64,000 bases of DNA from an uncultured virus (IMG/VR IMGVR_UViG_3300022555_000042) (IMGVR_UViG_3300022555_000042), one strand, 5' to 3'. Shown: positions 50,531-59,152, numbered from the stretch's first letter. The notes: generated from the sequence alone by a model not told the origin. A program made the numbers and translations.

Positions 50531-50580
50531 TTCGTTCGCTTAAAAGTATATGTGAACTAAAGGGAAATAAGGAGAGATGC

Positions 50581-50666
50581 GGAAGAGTGTCCGAGTGGCT
50601 TAAGGAGCCGAGCCTGAACCTCGGTAGGTGTAAAAAGCCTCGTGGGTTCGAATCCCACCTCTTCCA
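50581..50666 (+). tRNA. tRNA-Ser(TGA)
   Basis: GGAAGAG/CTCTTCC acceptor, loop CCTGAAC, long variable arm, TTCGAAT. Confidence 0.88.
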
Positions 50667-50712
50667 TCAAATATAGTTTATTGCATTGGTTGTTTTACTG
50701 ATGGAGTAGACT

Positions 50713-51303
50713 ATGGATAGGTATGATAGGCTGCGTGGTAGGTATTACTTCAAGAGCGTAATTTTGCGGCTTAAATTAAGAGGATCAACGAATGAGGAGA
50801 TTGCCGAGATACTTGGGTGCTCGATTTCCACTGTCAAGTATTGTATTAGGCACTCTCAAGAAGAGCAAGAGGCGGCTGCCGATGGCCTTAAGGAATTCGG
50901 TGAAGTAGACGATGAATTCCTGAGGGTTGTGGCAGTTAATAAGTGCAAGGAGTTTTTGACAGCTAGAGGCTGGCAGGTTGGAGAGTCTGATCCAAAGTGC
51001 GTGTTTGACTTGTTTGCATTGAAGCAAGGCAAGATAATCACGATTCAGGTTAGAGGCTCAACTAGTCTAAGCAACAGAAATTGGCCAGAGTTTGGTCTAC
51101 GTAGATCGCACTTTAACACCAAGATATCTACCAAAGAGGCGTTTAAAAAGGGAAGTTTCGATTACTGGTTTTTTTGCCATAAGAATGGTGATTGTTGGAT
51201 GATTCCATTCCATGTGATTGCTAACGTTAGCCTTATATCAATGGAAGGGTTGGATCAATATTACGTGGCCAATGACGGATATGACGAGAATAACCCCGCT
51301 TAG
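50713..51303 (+). CDS. HTH + PD-(D/E)XK-type nuclease
   Basis: TNEEIAEILGCSISTV; FDLFA..IQVR; FDYWF..WMIP. Confidence 0.7.
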   Translation: MDRYDRLRGRYYFKSVILRLKLRGSTNEEIAEILGCSISTVKYCIRHSQEEQEAAADGLKEFGEVDDEFLRVVAVNKCKEFLTARGWQVGESDPKCVFDLFALKQGKIITIQVRGSTSLSNRNWPEFGLRRSHFNTKISTKEAFKKGSFDYWFFCHKNGDCWMIPFHVIANVSLISMEGLDQYYVANDGYDENNPA

Positions 51304-51398
51304 GCGGGATGAATCTCCGATCTCGAGGCCGTTCTTTGACAAGTCAATAACTCCTACTTAACTCCGTCAATAGCGGGGCGTTCAATCACGGGGCGTAC

Positions 51399-51472
51399 GG
51401 TGGATGTAGCTCAGTTGGTAGAGCATCTGGTTGTGGTCCAGAGGGTCGCGGGTTCGAATCCCGTCATTCACC
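51399..51472 (+). tRNA. tRNA-His(GTG)
   Basis: Canonical cloverleaf with encoded G-1 and C73. Confidence 0.95.
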
Positions 51473-51506
51473 CTTCAAGCGCGTGAGGTTCGGTCAAAAA
51501 TACCAT

Positions 51507-52232
51507 ATGAAAACGGACTCGAACCGCATAAACCACGATCTGTTTGATACTTGGAATGAAAACTCGGCATATATCTTAGGCTTTTGGTATGCTGATGGCT
51601 GGATTTGTTTTAAGAAGAATAAATCAAGAATCGATAAGACATGGGGTCTGGCAAGTGTAGACCGCGAATTCCTTTGCTATTTCTCCAAGTTTCTGGGGAA
51701 AGAGGTGTGTTTGAGCCACGCGGCGACGGTTAGGTGCAAAGCTTGCTGGCAAATCCTGATCTACTCGGCCAAATTGTTTGACTTTTGCTTTAAATATGCT
51801 CAAACCACACGGAAAAGTGAGACGCGTCTTAAGCTGCCATTCGATATACCATCACATCTTACTCACCATTTTATACGTGGGTTTTTTGACGGTGATGGCT
51901 CTATCCACTGGGTTAATTATAAAACACGGCACGGTAAGCGCGTTAGTAATCTACGACTGTCTTTTTCAGCCGGAAACGCAACTGGCAATTTGCTTGATGA
52001 GGTTGCTGCCACAATAAATAAGCATTTAGGTATATATAAAAAATTCAAACATAACCCAAACGCTGTCAGCCAAAAATTGCGGTATGGCCAATTCGATACC
52101 GCAATGATATGTAGTTGGTTGTACAAAGATGCCACCATGTTCTTGGATCGTAAGAAGGCAATTTGGGATGCAGCCGATAAAGATAAGCTCAAAAATTCAT
52201 TAAAGTATAGAAGGCTGATTCCGGCCTCGTAA
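51507..52232 (+). CDS. LAGLIDADG homing endonuclease
   Basis: AYILGFWYADG, FIRGFFDGDGSI; stop codon lies inside tRNA-Val. Confidence 0.9.
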   Translation: MKTDSNRINHDLFDTWNENSAYILGFWYADGWICFKKNKSRIDKTWGLASVDREFLCYFSKFLGKEVCLSHAATVRCKACWQILIYSAKLFDFCFKYAQTTRKSETRLKLPFDIPSHLTHHFIRGFFDGDGSIHWVNYKTRHGKRVSNLRLSFSAGNATGNLLDEVAATINKHLGIYKKFKHNPNAVSQKLRYGQFDTAMICSWLYKDATMFLDRKKAIWDAADKDKLKNSLKYRRLIPAS

Positions 52233-52295
52233 CTCAGCGGTTAGAGTGCTTCGATCACACCGAAGAAGTCGCAAGTTCGAATCTTGCCGAGGTCA
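52223..52295 (+). tRNA. tRNA-Val(CAC)
   Basis: GGCCTCG/CGAGGTC acceptor, loop ATCACAC. Confidence 0.92.
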
Positions 52296-52333
52296 TTTCG
52301 CAATCCTCCACGTAAATATAAGTGGAGGCCAAT

Positions 52334-52975
52334 ATGATCACCAACCTAAAAATCACCAACGTCAAAATAACCTGCGAATTCGACTACACTCCCGAAGATG
52401 GTGAGGTTGTGCCCCCCATCGCCATGCCCCCCAGAGAACCAGCCATCCCGCCAGAAGAGCCAGCCATCCCGCCAGAAGAGACACCAAAAACCATCCTAGT
52501 CCTAGTAGTCGGAGGCCTAGGAAATAGCCAACTAGATGATGGTGACAGTCAAGCACAAAATATGCTCCTGGCCCTCCAGGCCAATTGCTCCGCCAAGGCC
52601 GAAATCCATGACGCTGGTAGCTGGAACGGCTATAAGGTAGATGTCTCAGCGATGGTGGCTGAGCATCCTGGCATGAAAATAGTGTTGATTGGCCACTCTT
52701 TTGGTGGCGCGACGGTCATCAAGGCATGTAGCGACATAGCCCAGGTAGATTATGTGGTGGCCATCGACGCGGTAAACGACGATCCGTGTTGGGGCGATTT
52801 GGTGATGCCCACCAATATGGTTAAGTATGATTTTTATGTGAGGTCAAGCGGGTGGGGTCCTCGGACGGCAAGGATTCCAGGGGCGATGATGCAGACTCTG
52901 GAGGGTGGGCACAACTCGGTTGCCCACGACCAGGAAATGATCCAAAAGACCATAAATATGATAAATTCACTATGA
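52334..52975 (+). CDS. alpha/beta hydrolase
   Basis: VLIGHSFGG nucleophile elbow, GGHNS His motif; Pro-rich 7-aa repeat near the N-terminus. Confidence 0.8.
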   Translation: MITNLKITNVKITCEFDYTPEDGEVVPPIAMPPREPAIPPEEPAIPPEETPKTILVLVVGGLGNSQLDDGDSQAQNMLLALQANCSAKAEIHDAGSWNGYKVDVSAMVAEHPGMKIVLIGHSFGGATVIKACSDIAQVDYVVAIDAVNDDPCWGDLVMPTNMVKYDFYVRSSGWGPRTARIPGAMMQTLEGGHNSVAHDQEMIQKTINMINSL

Positions 52976-53730
52976 AATTCGACTGTGGTGTATATTGCAT
53001 ATATAATAGAGTCTCTCAAAAGAGATACTTTGGGAGTTCAAATTCTTGGGCTATACGATTTCGCAAACACAAATGCGACCTAAGGAAAAACCGACACGAA
53101 AATGAACATCTTCAAAGGGCGTGGAATAAATATGGAGAGATCGCTTTCGAATTTATTGGCCTTGAGTTGTGCGATGAAAAGAATCTATTAACTGTTGAAG
53201 AAAAATATCTTAATTCTTGCCATAAAAGAGAACTCTACAACGAAACGCTGTGCCCATCTAGGGTCAGTCACACCAAAGAGTCCAAAGAAAAGATGAGAAA
53301 AGCTCAAATGCACAAAGTTAAATATGTTTCAAAGTATAGTTTAGACGGCATATTTATCTGTTCTTATTACGGGTTGCAAGAAGCCGCTCGGAGTGTGTCC
53401 CTTAGCCCTTGCAACATATCTGCCTGCTGTAACTTGCGTTTCAAGAGTTATGGTGGATATCAATGGAGATTTTCAAATGATGGGAGGAATATCCCGGAAT
53501 TAAAAGAAGAAAAGAATGAGGGTAGATATCCACAAAGGAAAGTTAATCAGTATTCTTTGGATAAGACGTTCATATCGTCATTCGATAGTATTTCAAGCGC
53601 GAGCAGAAAGACAATGGTTCCAATAGGTAGCATATGGCTATGCTTGGCGGGAGGGACAAAGTCAGCGTATAATTTTAAATGGGAATACGCATCCTGCGAT
53701 GATTCAGCATGTGGTGGATGTAATCAATAG
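52972..53730 (+). CDS. GIY-YIG homing endonuclease with NUMOD-type repeats
   Basis: GVYCI..YFGSS..RFRKH, LQRAWNKYG, LYN; VNQYSLD..GYQW repeats. Confidence 0.9.
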   Translation: MKFDCGVYCIYNRVSQKRYFGSSNSWAIRFRKHKCDLRKNRHENEHLQRAWNKYGEIAFEFIGLELCDEKNLLTVEEKYLNSCHKRELYNETLCPSRVSHTKESKEKMRKAQMHKVKYVSKYSLDGIFICSYYGLQEAARSVSLSPCNISACCNLRFKSYGGYQWRFSNDGRNIPELKEEKNEGRYPQRKVNQYSLDKTFISSFDSISSASRKTMVPIGSIWLCLAGGTKSAYNFKWEYASCDDSACGGCNQ

Positions 53731-53737
53731 CATGTAA

Positions 53738-53821
53738 GTACGGTTGGCAGAGCGGCAATTGCGCGAGATTGTAGATCTCGTGACCTTCGGGTCTACGGGG
53801 GTTCGAATCCCTCACCGTACA
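53738..53821 (+). tRNA. tRNA-Tyr(GTA)
   Basis: GTACGGT/ACCGTAC acceptor, loop TTGTAGA, long variable arm. Confidence 0.93.
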
Positions 53822-53998
53822 TTCAAGGAGGCGGGTTCCGGAGGTGTCAGCTCCGGCACCGCAGAGGCTCACTGGCCCGCCCTACCTTGTTTTAGTCTGG
53901 AACCCAATAATCATCAGACCTAGTATCAATAATCACATACTGACGATACTTTGATCTGAGAAGCTTCTTGGCACCGACGTCCGCCATTTTCCTGGCGA

Positions 53999-54217
53999 TT
54001 GCTTCAAAATCATCATAGTCATCTGGCACAATCTGATTCGATGAGTAAAATTGCTAGGGTATATGGGGTTTCTGATCACACAGCTGCTAAGTGGTGTGAT
54101 GAGTATAAAATAAAACGCTTAATGTTAAGACCCCAGGCGGCTCAATTGGCAGAAACTCACGGCTGCCCCCCTCCTTCTGCTTTCAAAGATCATACGGAGG
54201 TGTGCCATGCTCACTAA
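53999..54217 (+). pseudogene. probable HTH remnant of an endonuclease gene
   Basis: SMSKIARVYGVSDHTAAKW resembles the HTH at the end of 60872; no clear start. Confidence 0.35.
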
Positions 54218-54386
54218 ACTACGCGGCTGGGTCCGACTCTTCCTATTCAATAATTGCCCACACTGCAATAGTGATGGGTGTGATCCTTGCCCGATCTGTG
54301 ATGGGGGGATGCCGGAGAGGAGGGGCGAGCGGCGGAAGATATGGGCTGAGTACAAGAAGCTGCTGAGTTCTATCCGCAAGAAATAG
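54207..54386 (+). CDS. small Cys-rich protein (59 aa, below the track cutoff)
   Basis: GGAGG RBS; MLTKLRGWVRLFLFNNCPHCNSDGCDPCPICDGG.. Confidence 0.6.
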   Translation: MLTKLRGWVRLFLFNNCPHCNSDGCDPCPICDGGMPERRGERRKIWAEYKKLLSSIRKK

Positions 54387-54413
54387 TTTGCTGGCGGCGC
54401 CGCCGCGCCGCAC
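54387..54413 (+). promoter_or_regulatory. TTTGC-N17-CGCAC motif
   Basis: Recurrent motif upstream of the zinc-finger gene. Confidence 0.6.
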
Positions 54414-54449
54414 CCCTCGCTGCCCCAAGGACTTACAAGCGAGGATTAA

Positions 54450-55109
54450 ATGGCGACTACTAAGCCCGTGGCCGACCCCGATACCATGTGCGGGTCATGT
54501 GGATTCCCCGCCAAGACGAAGACTGGACTCGGCATTCACGTGCTGCGGAAGCATACCGCCGCTGGTAAGACCTGGGGCAATACGGGGAAGAGACAGCCTA
54601 AGAAACCAGCTACCGTTGTGATTCCCGACAACTTGATTTGCTCGGTCTGCAAGTATGATGCCAAAACTTCGCACGGGTACCGGATGCATTACATCCGGAA
54701 GCACACGGCGAAGGGCAAGCATTGGAACACGGCAATTGGGGCCAAGATTGCGGCGCAGGTGAAGGCCGGCAAGAGCATTGAGGAAGCTCGGAAGATCGTC
54801 TACGAGGGATTGGGGTTGCCGATGGATGCGGCGGCTCGGCGGGAGGCATTGAAGGGGCGGCGGATGGGTGCTCATCTTGGTAACCCCACGATTGCTGCGA
54901 GCTTTGGTCTGCAGAAGGCGAAGAGGCCGTATCATCGGCGGAAGCTGGTGGAGGCAGTGGCTCCTCTTCCAGTGGTGAATTATTGTCCTAGTTGTGGAAC
55001 GCACCTTGCTGCGGTGAGCGTTGCGGGCCACGTGAAGTTTTGCTGGGGCTGCGGAGCCAATGTAGAGTCGGTGGCCGTGGCCCTGTCGATGTTCTCTAAG
55101 AAAGGGTAA
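54450..55109 (+). CDS. protein with two C2H2 zinc fingers and a double zinc ribbon
   Basis: CGSC-x12-H-x4-H, CSVC-x12-H-x4-H, CPSCG..CWGCG. Confidence 0.8.
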   Translation: MATTKPVADPDTMCGSCGFPAKTKTGLGIHVLRKHTAAGKTWGNTGKRQPKKPATVVIPDNLICSVCKYDAKTSHGYRMHYIRKHTAKGKHWNTAIGAKIAAQVKAGKSIEEARKIVYEGLGLPMDAAARREALKGRRMGAHLGNPTIAASFGLQKAKRPYHRRKLVEAVAPLPVVNYCPSCGTHLAAVSVAGHVKFCWGCGANVESVAVALSMFSKKG

Positions 55110-55111
55110 TC

Positions 55112-55465
55112 ATGTTGGACAGGACCAGGTACCGGATTGCTCTCATGGGGCAGCGCGGTCTCTTGGGGCGGACCATCCAGAGGGAGTGCCGGAAGCACGA
55201 TGGGGAGACTTTCTCGCTGGGCCACATCTACGGGACTCTCCGCAAGGATGGGATTCGCATCCGGGATTACCGCGAGGGCGAGGGGGAGTGGGGTAAGGAA
55301 GCGGTGCAGGCGGCCAATTTCTCGGCGGATGGGGGGAATGTCCCTAACGCCTACAAGCGGTCCAAGAAGAACAAAGCCAAGAAGGTGCGGGGCAAGGGGC
55401 GGTTTACTCTCGACATGCAAGTCACCAGGAAGAAGGCCCGGAAGCGGGCTTTAGTACCGGCCTAG
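55112..55465 (+). CDS. basic hypothetical protein
   Basis: Directly follows the upstream gene. Confidence 0.65.
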   Translation: MLDRTRYRIALMGQRGLLGRTIQRECRKHDGETFSLGHIYGTLRKDGIRIRDYREGEGEWGKEAVQAANFSADGGNVPNAYKRSKKNKAKKVRGKGRFTLDMQVTRKKARKRALVPA

Positions 55466-55486
55466 CGTCAAGCTGGGCTGGCCCAA

Positions 55487-55561
55487 GGGCGGTTAGCTCA
55501 GTTGGTTAGAGCGCTTCCTCGACACGGAAGAGGTTCACGGGTTCGAACCCTGTACCGCCCA
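55487..55561 (+). tRNA. tRNA-Val(GAC)
   Basis: GGGCGGT/ACCGCCC acceptor, loop TCGACAC. Confidence 0.92.
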
Positions 55562-55588
55562 TTTACCGCCGACGCGTCGGCGCGACAC
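55562..55588 (+). promoter_or_regulatory. TTTAC-N17-GACAC motif
   Basis: Recurrent motif. Confidence 0.55.
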
Positions 55589-55638
55589 ATGGGAGCACGA
55601 CCGAGCTACGCGATCTCAAAATCGAGAGAATCACCTTT

Positions 55639-55890
55639 GTGGCGGTGACACGTCTCCACAATCGAGGGTGGATTGACGTCAAAGAGGTCAAATCTATCTG
55701 CAATCCTAAGGATAAGGTCGAGTGGGTGTGGGTAATTTTCTCCGCATACTTTGACAACTATTCATCTCGCCGCGTTGCCATTTTGACTAATGGCCGGAGG
55801 TTTTGGGGGCAGGAATGCTTTCGACCACCACTTGTTTTGTGCATCAGAGGTTTAACTGGCGAGGTCATTTTGGGTCGGATCCGGGGGTAG
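55639..55890 (+). CDS. hypothetical protein
   Basis: ORF between tRNAs; start uncertain. Confidence 0.4.
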   Translation: MAVTRLHNRGWIDVKEVKSICNPKDKVEWVWVIFSAYFDNYSSRRVAILTNGRRFWGQECFRPPLVLCIRGLTGEVILGRIRG

Positions 55891-55971
55891 CTCAGAGTGT
55901 CAAGAAGATGTTGAAGGAGCGGATTAGGGAGCATTATAATGGTCCATAGCGGGCATGTGCCGGAATTAAGT

Positions 55972-56055
55972 GCTCGGTTGCCGGAGAAGACGAACGGGCC
56001 TGATTGCAAATCAGGATGGCTTCGCCACACAGAGGTGCAAATCCTCTACCGAGCT
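55972..56055 (+). tRNA. tRNA-Cys(GCA) with long variable arm
   Basis: GCTCGGT/ACCGAGC + U73, loop TTGCAAA, arm TGGCTTCGCCA, T-loop TGCAAAT. Confidence 0.85.
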
Positions 56056-56652
56056 TTGGCGTGTACACTCGATCCACGCCATTAATTTTTGTTTGAGCCT
56101 CCAGTCACTAAATCGTAGGTGCGCAGTTCCATGGTTAGTATATTTCCGCTTGCCAGATGATTCTTTCCTTATGATCCTGATTGGGCATGACAGATGTAGT
56201 TGTTCCGACCAGTATTTAGATATAGATGCCCCATTCTCGTCTGGATAGATCATGATTGTGCAATCATATTTTGGTGATGTGAATCTTTCAAAGATGTGCA
56301 TACATTTTCGTATAAGTGCCGGGTCAGTGTTGGATATACCCACTTGGCTACATCTTTTGTCTCCTTCTCCCCAATATATGCCAATAAATTCCATAAAATT
56401 TGGATCTTGTTTAAGAAGTGCCCATTCGGATATGGCCTCTGCTATTGCTTCAGAGTGTAACTTGGACCACTTTTGGGCGCAAGCCAGACTGCCTCGCGCT
56501 GCATTCAATTTAATATTGGTCCTTGCTCGTTTGTCGCTACCTTTAATCCCTCTGCACCAAACACTGGCTGTTGATTTAGATATGCCCATTGCAGCTATTT
56601 CGCGTATGCTCAAGCCTGATTCCCGCAAGGTTATAGCCTGTTCTTTGTTCAT
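56011..56652 (-). CDS. HTH + LAGLIDADG-like protein
   Basis: LRESGLSIREIA..SKSTASVW, IGIYWGEGDK, SNTDP; start at MNKEQ with GAGG RBS. Confidence 0.75.
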   Translation of the reverse strand: MNKEQAITLRESGLSIREIAAMGISKSTASVWCRGIKGSDKRARTNIKLNAARGSLACAQKWSKLHSEAIAEAISEWALLKQDPNFMEFIGIYWGEGDKRCSQVGISNTDPALIRKCMHIFERFTSPKYDCTIMIYPDENGASISKYWSEQLHLSCPIRIIRKESSGKRKYTNHGTAHLRFSDWRLKQKLMAWIECTRQSSVEDLHLCVAKPS

Positions 56653-56697
56653 GCGAACCTCTACTATTTCGATATGTCTATATTTGATTACCGGTTC

Positions 56698-56768
56698 TGG
56701 GACGTAGTGAAGTGGTATCACAAGAGGCTCTGGACCTCTTATCGCAAGTTCGAATCTTGCCGTCCCAA
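56698..56768 (+). tRNA. tRNA-Gln(CTG)
   Basis: TGGGACG/CGTCCCA acceptor, loop CTCTGGA. Confidence 0.92.
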
Positions 56769-56772
56769 TAAC

Positions 56773-56861
56773 TCTCGGGCCGTCAGTGTTGGTAGCTGAC
56801 ATGAGGCTTTGGCCCTCAAGTGTCTTATGACACCTCGCTGGTTCGATTCCAGCCCCGAGAA
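56773..56861 (+). tRNA. tRNA with TTG (Gln) anticodon, 5-bp D-stem and long variable arm
   Basis: TCTCGGG/CCCGAGA, GTCAG/CTGAC, loop CTTTGGC, GTGTC-TTAT-GACAC, GCTGG-TTCGATT-CCAGC. Confidence 0.8.
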
Positions 56862-56865
56862 TAAA

Positions 56866-56939
56866 GCTCCGTTGGCGCAATTGGATAGCGCAGGCCGTTC
56901 CTAACGGCAAGGTTCTCAGTTCAAATCTGAGGCGGAGCA
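56866..56939 (+). tRNA. tRNA-Arg(CCT)
   Basis: GCTCCGT/GCGGAGC acceptor, loop TTCCTAA. Confidence 0.9.
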
Positions 56940-56941
56940 GT

Positions 56942-57298
56942 ATGAAGAAATGGATTCTTCCAGATCTGCCCAACGGGCTAGTGCCCCACATTACCGGGCC
57001 ATTGGCAACCAGCACCATTGCGGGCTTCTACGGCGAAGTGGAAATTGCGGTATGCGTTAGTGACCAGCCCGGCATCGAGCCGATGATCGTTGCCAGATTA
57101 CAGTGGTTCAATTCGCGCGACGCTTCGGTGTTGGGCACTACAGCCGTTACTCGGGAATGCATCTACCACTATGATCCGGAGTACCTGGATGGCTACATTT
57201 CGCTAAGGCGAGGCATTGAGCATCGCGAAATGTCTGTTTGGGTCGACAAGATGATAAAAGAGGTAGTGAAGAATTTCGCCGAGCAGTTCAATGATTGA
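56942..57298 (+). CDS. hypothetical protein
   Basis: GGAG in the tRNA 3' end could serve as RBS. Confidence 0.6.
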   Translation: MKKWILPDLPNGLVPHITGPLATSTIAGFYGEVEIAVCVSDQPGIEPMIVARLQWFNSRDASVLGTTAVTRECIYHYDPEYLDGYISLRRGIEHREMSVWVDKMIKEVVKNFAEQFND

Positions 57299-57491
57299 CA
57301 ACGAGAATGACCTATATCGGTTTTTGATGGGTTCCACTAAGAACCCCAAGGTTGTGAGTGGGTCTGAGGCGGAGATCTTCAAATTTATTCACAAGGTGGT
57401 GACGCCCAAGTTTGTGTGTGATCCCGTGGTGTGTTTGTATTTTATGTTCGGGTATCTTGGCCGGGACTATGATGATTTGACGATTGAGTAA
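57291..57491 (+). CDS. hypothetical protein
   Basis: Overlaps the upstream stop. Confidence 0.5.
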   Translation: MIDNENDLYRFLMGSTKNPKVVSGSEAEIFKFIHKVVTPKFVCDPVVCLYFMFGYLGRDYDDLTIE

Positions 57492-57492
57492 A

Positions 57493-57574
57493 GCCCTCGT
57501 GGCGGAATTGGCAGACGCGCCGGTCTTAGGAGCCGGTGGTGAAAACCGTGCAGGTTCGACTCCTGCCGGGGGCA
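57493..57574 (+). tRNA. tRNA-Leu(TAG)
   Basis: Class II cloverleaf, loop CTTAGGA. Confidence 0.95.
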
Positions 57575-57590
57575 TTGGGAGGCGTCGGGT

Positions 57591-57866
57591 ATGCATCCGG
57601 ATAAGGTAAGGATAGTGGCGGTCAAACACGCCAGGATTCTGGATGCCGCCGCCGACCCAACTGCTGAAGATGTCTGCTTCCTGGTGAAGGTTAGGGACGA
57701 GGAGGTTCTGGTCAGGCCGGGGATCGAATGGAGAGTGATGGAGGTGTGGCCAAACCTTTACGGAGTCAAGCACGAAGGGCTGGAGGAATTAAGAACAACT
57801 TACGTCGATCGGGCTTGTGCTAGCGTGCGGCGATTCATGAAAGACCACCTTAAAAAGAGCACATGA
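57591..57866 (+). CDS. hypothetical protein
   Basis: GGAGG RBS. Confidence 0.6.
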   Translation: MHPDKVRIVAVKHARILDAAADPTAEDVCFLVKVRDEEVLVRPGIEWRVMEVWPNLYGVKHEGLEELRTTYVDRACASVRRFMKDHLKKST

Positions 57867-58498
57867 TGCAGAACCATGAGACTATCGCCATCACCACTAA
57901 GGAGTTTGATGATCTCCTTGAGTACAGTGCATCATTACCCACCGGAACCACTATTGGGAAACGATGGAAAGCCCATCGGGTGCACGATGGCCTGGACTAT
58001 TGGCTGATGGGTGAATATACACCCCACCTCGATCCAGAGATGGTTGGAATCAAGTGGCGGAAGATCATCGTCAACGAGATCGAGCAGGTCATCGGAGACT
58101 ATCAGATCGCAGATATCACGAAAATGTACCAGGGCGTGCCACCCCCCAAGTGCATGCAGGACAGCGTTGATTGGTGGTTTATGATCGGGCAGTTTGTTGC
58201 TGAATATAGCTCCCTTCCCGAGGTGCCGGCTCGGATCATCGTTCATGGATTTATGGCTGTAATGGTGGATTATACTCGTTTCCGAGAGGTCAGGTATGAG
58301 TACGCCAATGGGGATTTGATGCTGCTTGACCGAGAGGATTTGAGGATCACGAACGAGTTCGCCAACAAGAACGCGGTGGTGGCGGCATTGGAGTCGGCGA
58401 TTGCGAATATGGGATCAGCTCCGCGCATAGAGCTGTTGAAATGGCGTCTTCCTGGCGATGCCAGGGAAAGTGAATCGGGGTTCGAAGAAATTCGTTAG
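57863..58498 (+). CDS. hypothetical protein
   Basis: ATGA overlap; EYSASLPTGTTIGKRWK. Confidence 0.65.
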   Translation: MMQNHETIAITTKEFDDLLEYSASLPTGTTIGKRWKAHRVHDGLDYWLMGEYTPHLDPEMVGIKWRKIIVNEIEQVIGDYQIADITKMYQGVPPPKCMQDSVDWWFMIGQFVAEYSSLPEVPARIIVHGFMAVMVDYTRFREVRYEYANGDLMLLDREDLRITNEFANKNAVVAALESAIANMGSAPRIELLKWRLPGDARESESGFEEIR

Positions 58499-59043
58499 AC
58501 TCTATCTAATTTGAAACCGGGAAACCGCAATTCTGGTGTTATGGTAATCTGCTGCACCAGTAGCGATGATGGTATTAGCCACGAGTTCTTATTCTGATCG
58601 AACAGAAAGAAATAATCGACGTCGTCCAAGCTATATTGCACTTTTTCTCTGGTGCCATTACCCCACTGACGATGGAACACATTGAATATGAAATTGCCGC
58701 TGGGGTTGGCCAAGCCGGACGATTTTATCTGTACTCTCCTCCAGCCAGATCCAAAATCCACTAAGAGGTCATATGGTAGGCTAGCGTGAACTTGCGCCCA
58801 CTCGAATCCAGCGAGGTCGCAGCGAAATTTTAAATACGATTCGGCAGCACGATCCAATTTACCATTGCCTCCGAATAGTATTAATGACTTCTCGCCATTT
58901 GGGACAACCGAAGAGTTGCGTGACAGGCCTAGTCTCATTAACTGCCTGGACACAGTGGCGTGGTGCTTGTAGCCCAATGTTCTCGCTATTTTGCGAGCGC
59001 CAAGCCCCATTTTGAATAATTCGATAATTCGCTGGTCTTGCAT
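58495..59043 (-). CDS. HTH + PD-(D/E)XK endonuclease
   Basis: PYDLLVD..RVQIKS, YSLDDVDYF..WLIP. Confidence 0.8.
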   Translation of the reverse strand: MQDQRIIELFKMGLGARKIARTLGYKHHATVSRQLMRLGLSRNSSVVPNGEKSLILFGGNGKLDRAAESYLKFRCDLAGFEWAQVHASLPYDLLVDFGSGWRRVQIKSSGLANPSGNFIFNVFHRQWGNGTREKVQYSLDDVDYFFLFDQNKNSWLIPSSLLVQQITITPELRFPGFKLDRV

Positions 59044-59071
59044 ACACATTAGATTTGATCGGAATACATTC

Positions 59072-59152
59072 GCTCTCATGGCGGAATTGGCATACGCAGC
59101 GGTTTCAGATACCGTGCCGAATGGCTTGCAGGTTCGACTCCTGCTGAGAGCA
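59072..59152 (+). tRNA. tRNA-Leu(CAG)
   Basis: GCTCTCA/TGAGAGC acceptor, loop TTCAGAT. Confidence 0.92.

Noticed and set aside
50262..50560. tmRNA or RNase P RNA
   Set aside because: One frame ends ..PALGL-stop, loosely tag-like, but there is no tRNA-like domain, and the RNase P P4 signature GAGGAAAGTCC is absent
51336..51365. Host sigma-70 promoter at TTGACA
   Set aside because: No convincing -10 box at 16-18 nt spacing
53822..53890. HDV-like (theta) ribozyme after tRNA-Tyr
   Set aside because: I could not build the P1/P3/P1.1 nested pseudoknot or the catalytic J4/2 strand
56653..57018. N-terminal part of track ORF 56011..57018
   Set aside because: Antisense to three tRNAs; the plausible protein starts at ATG 56652
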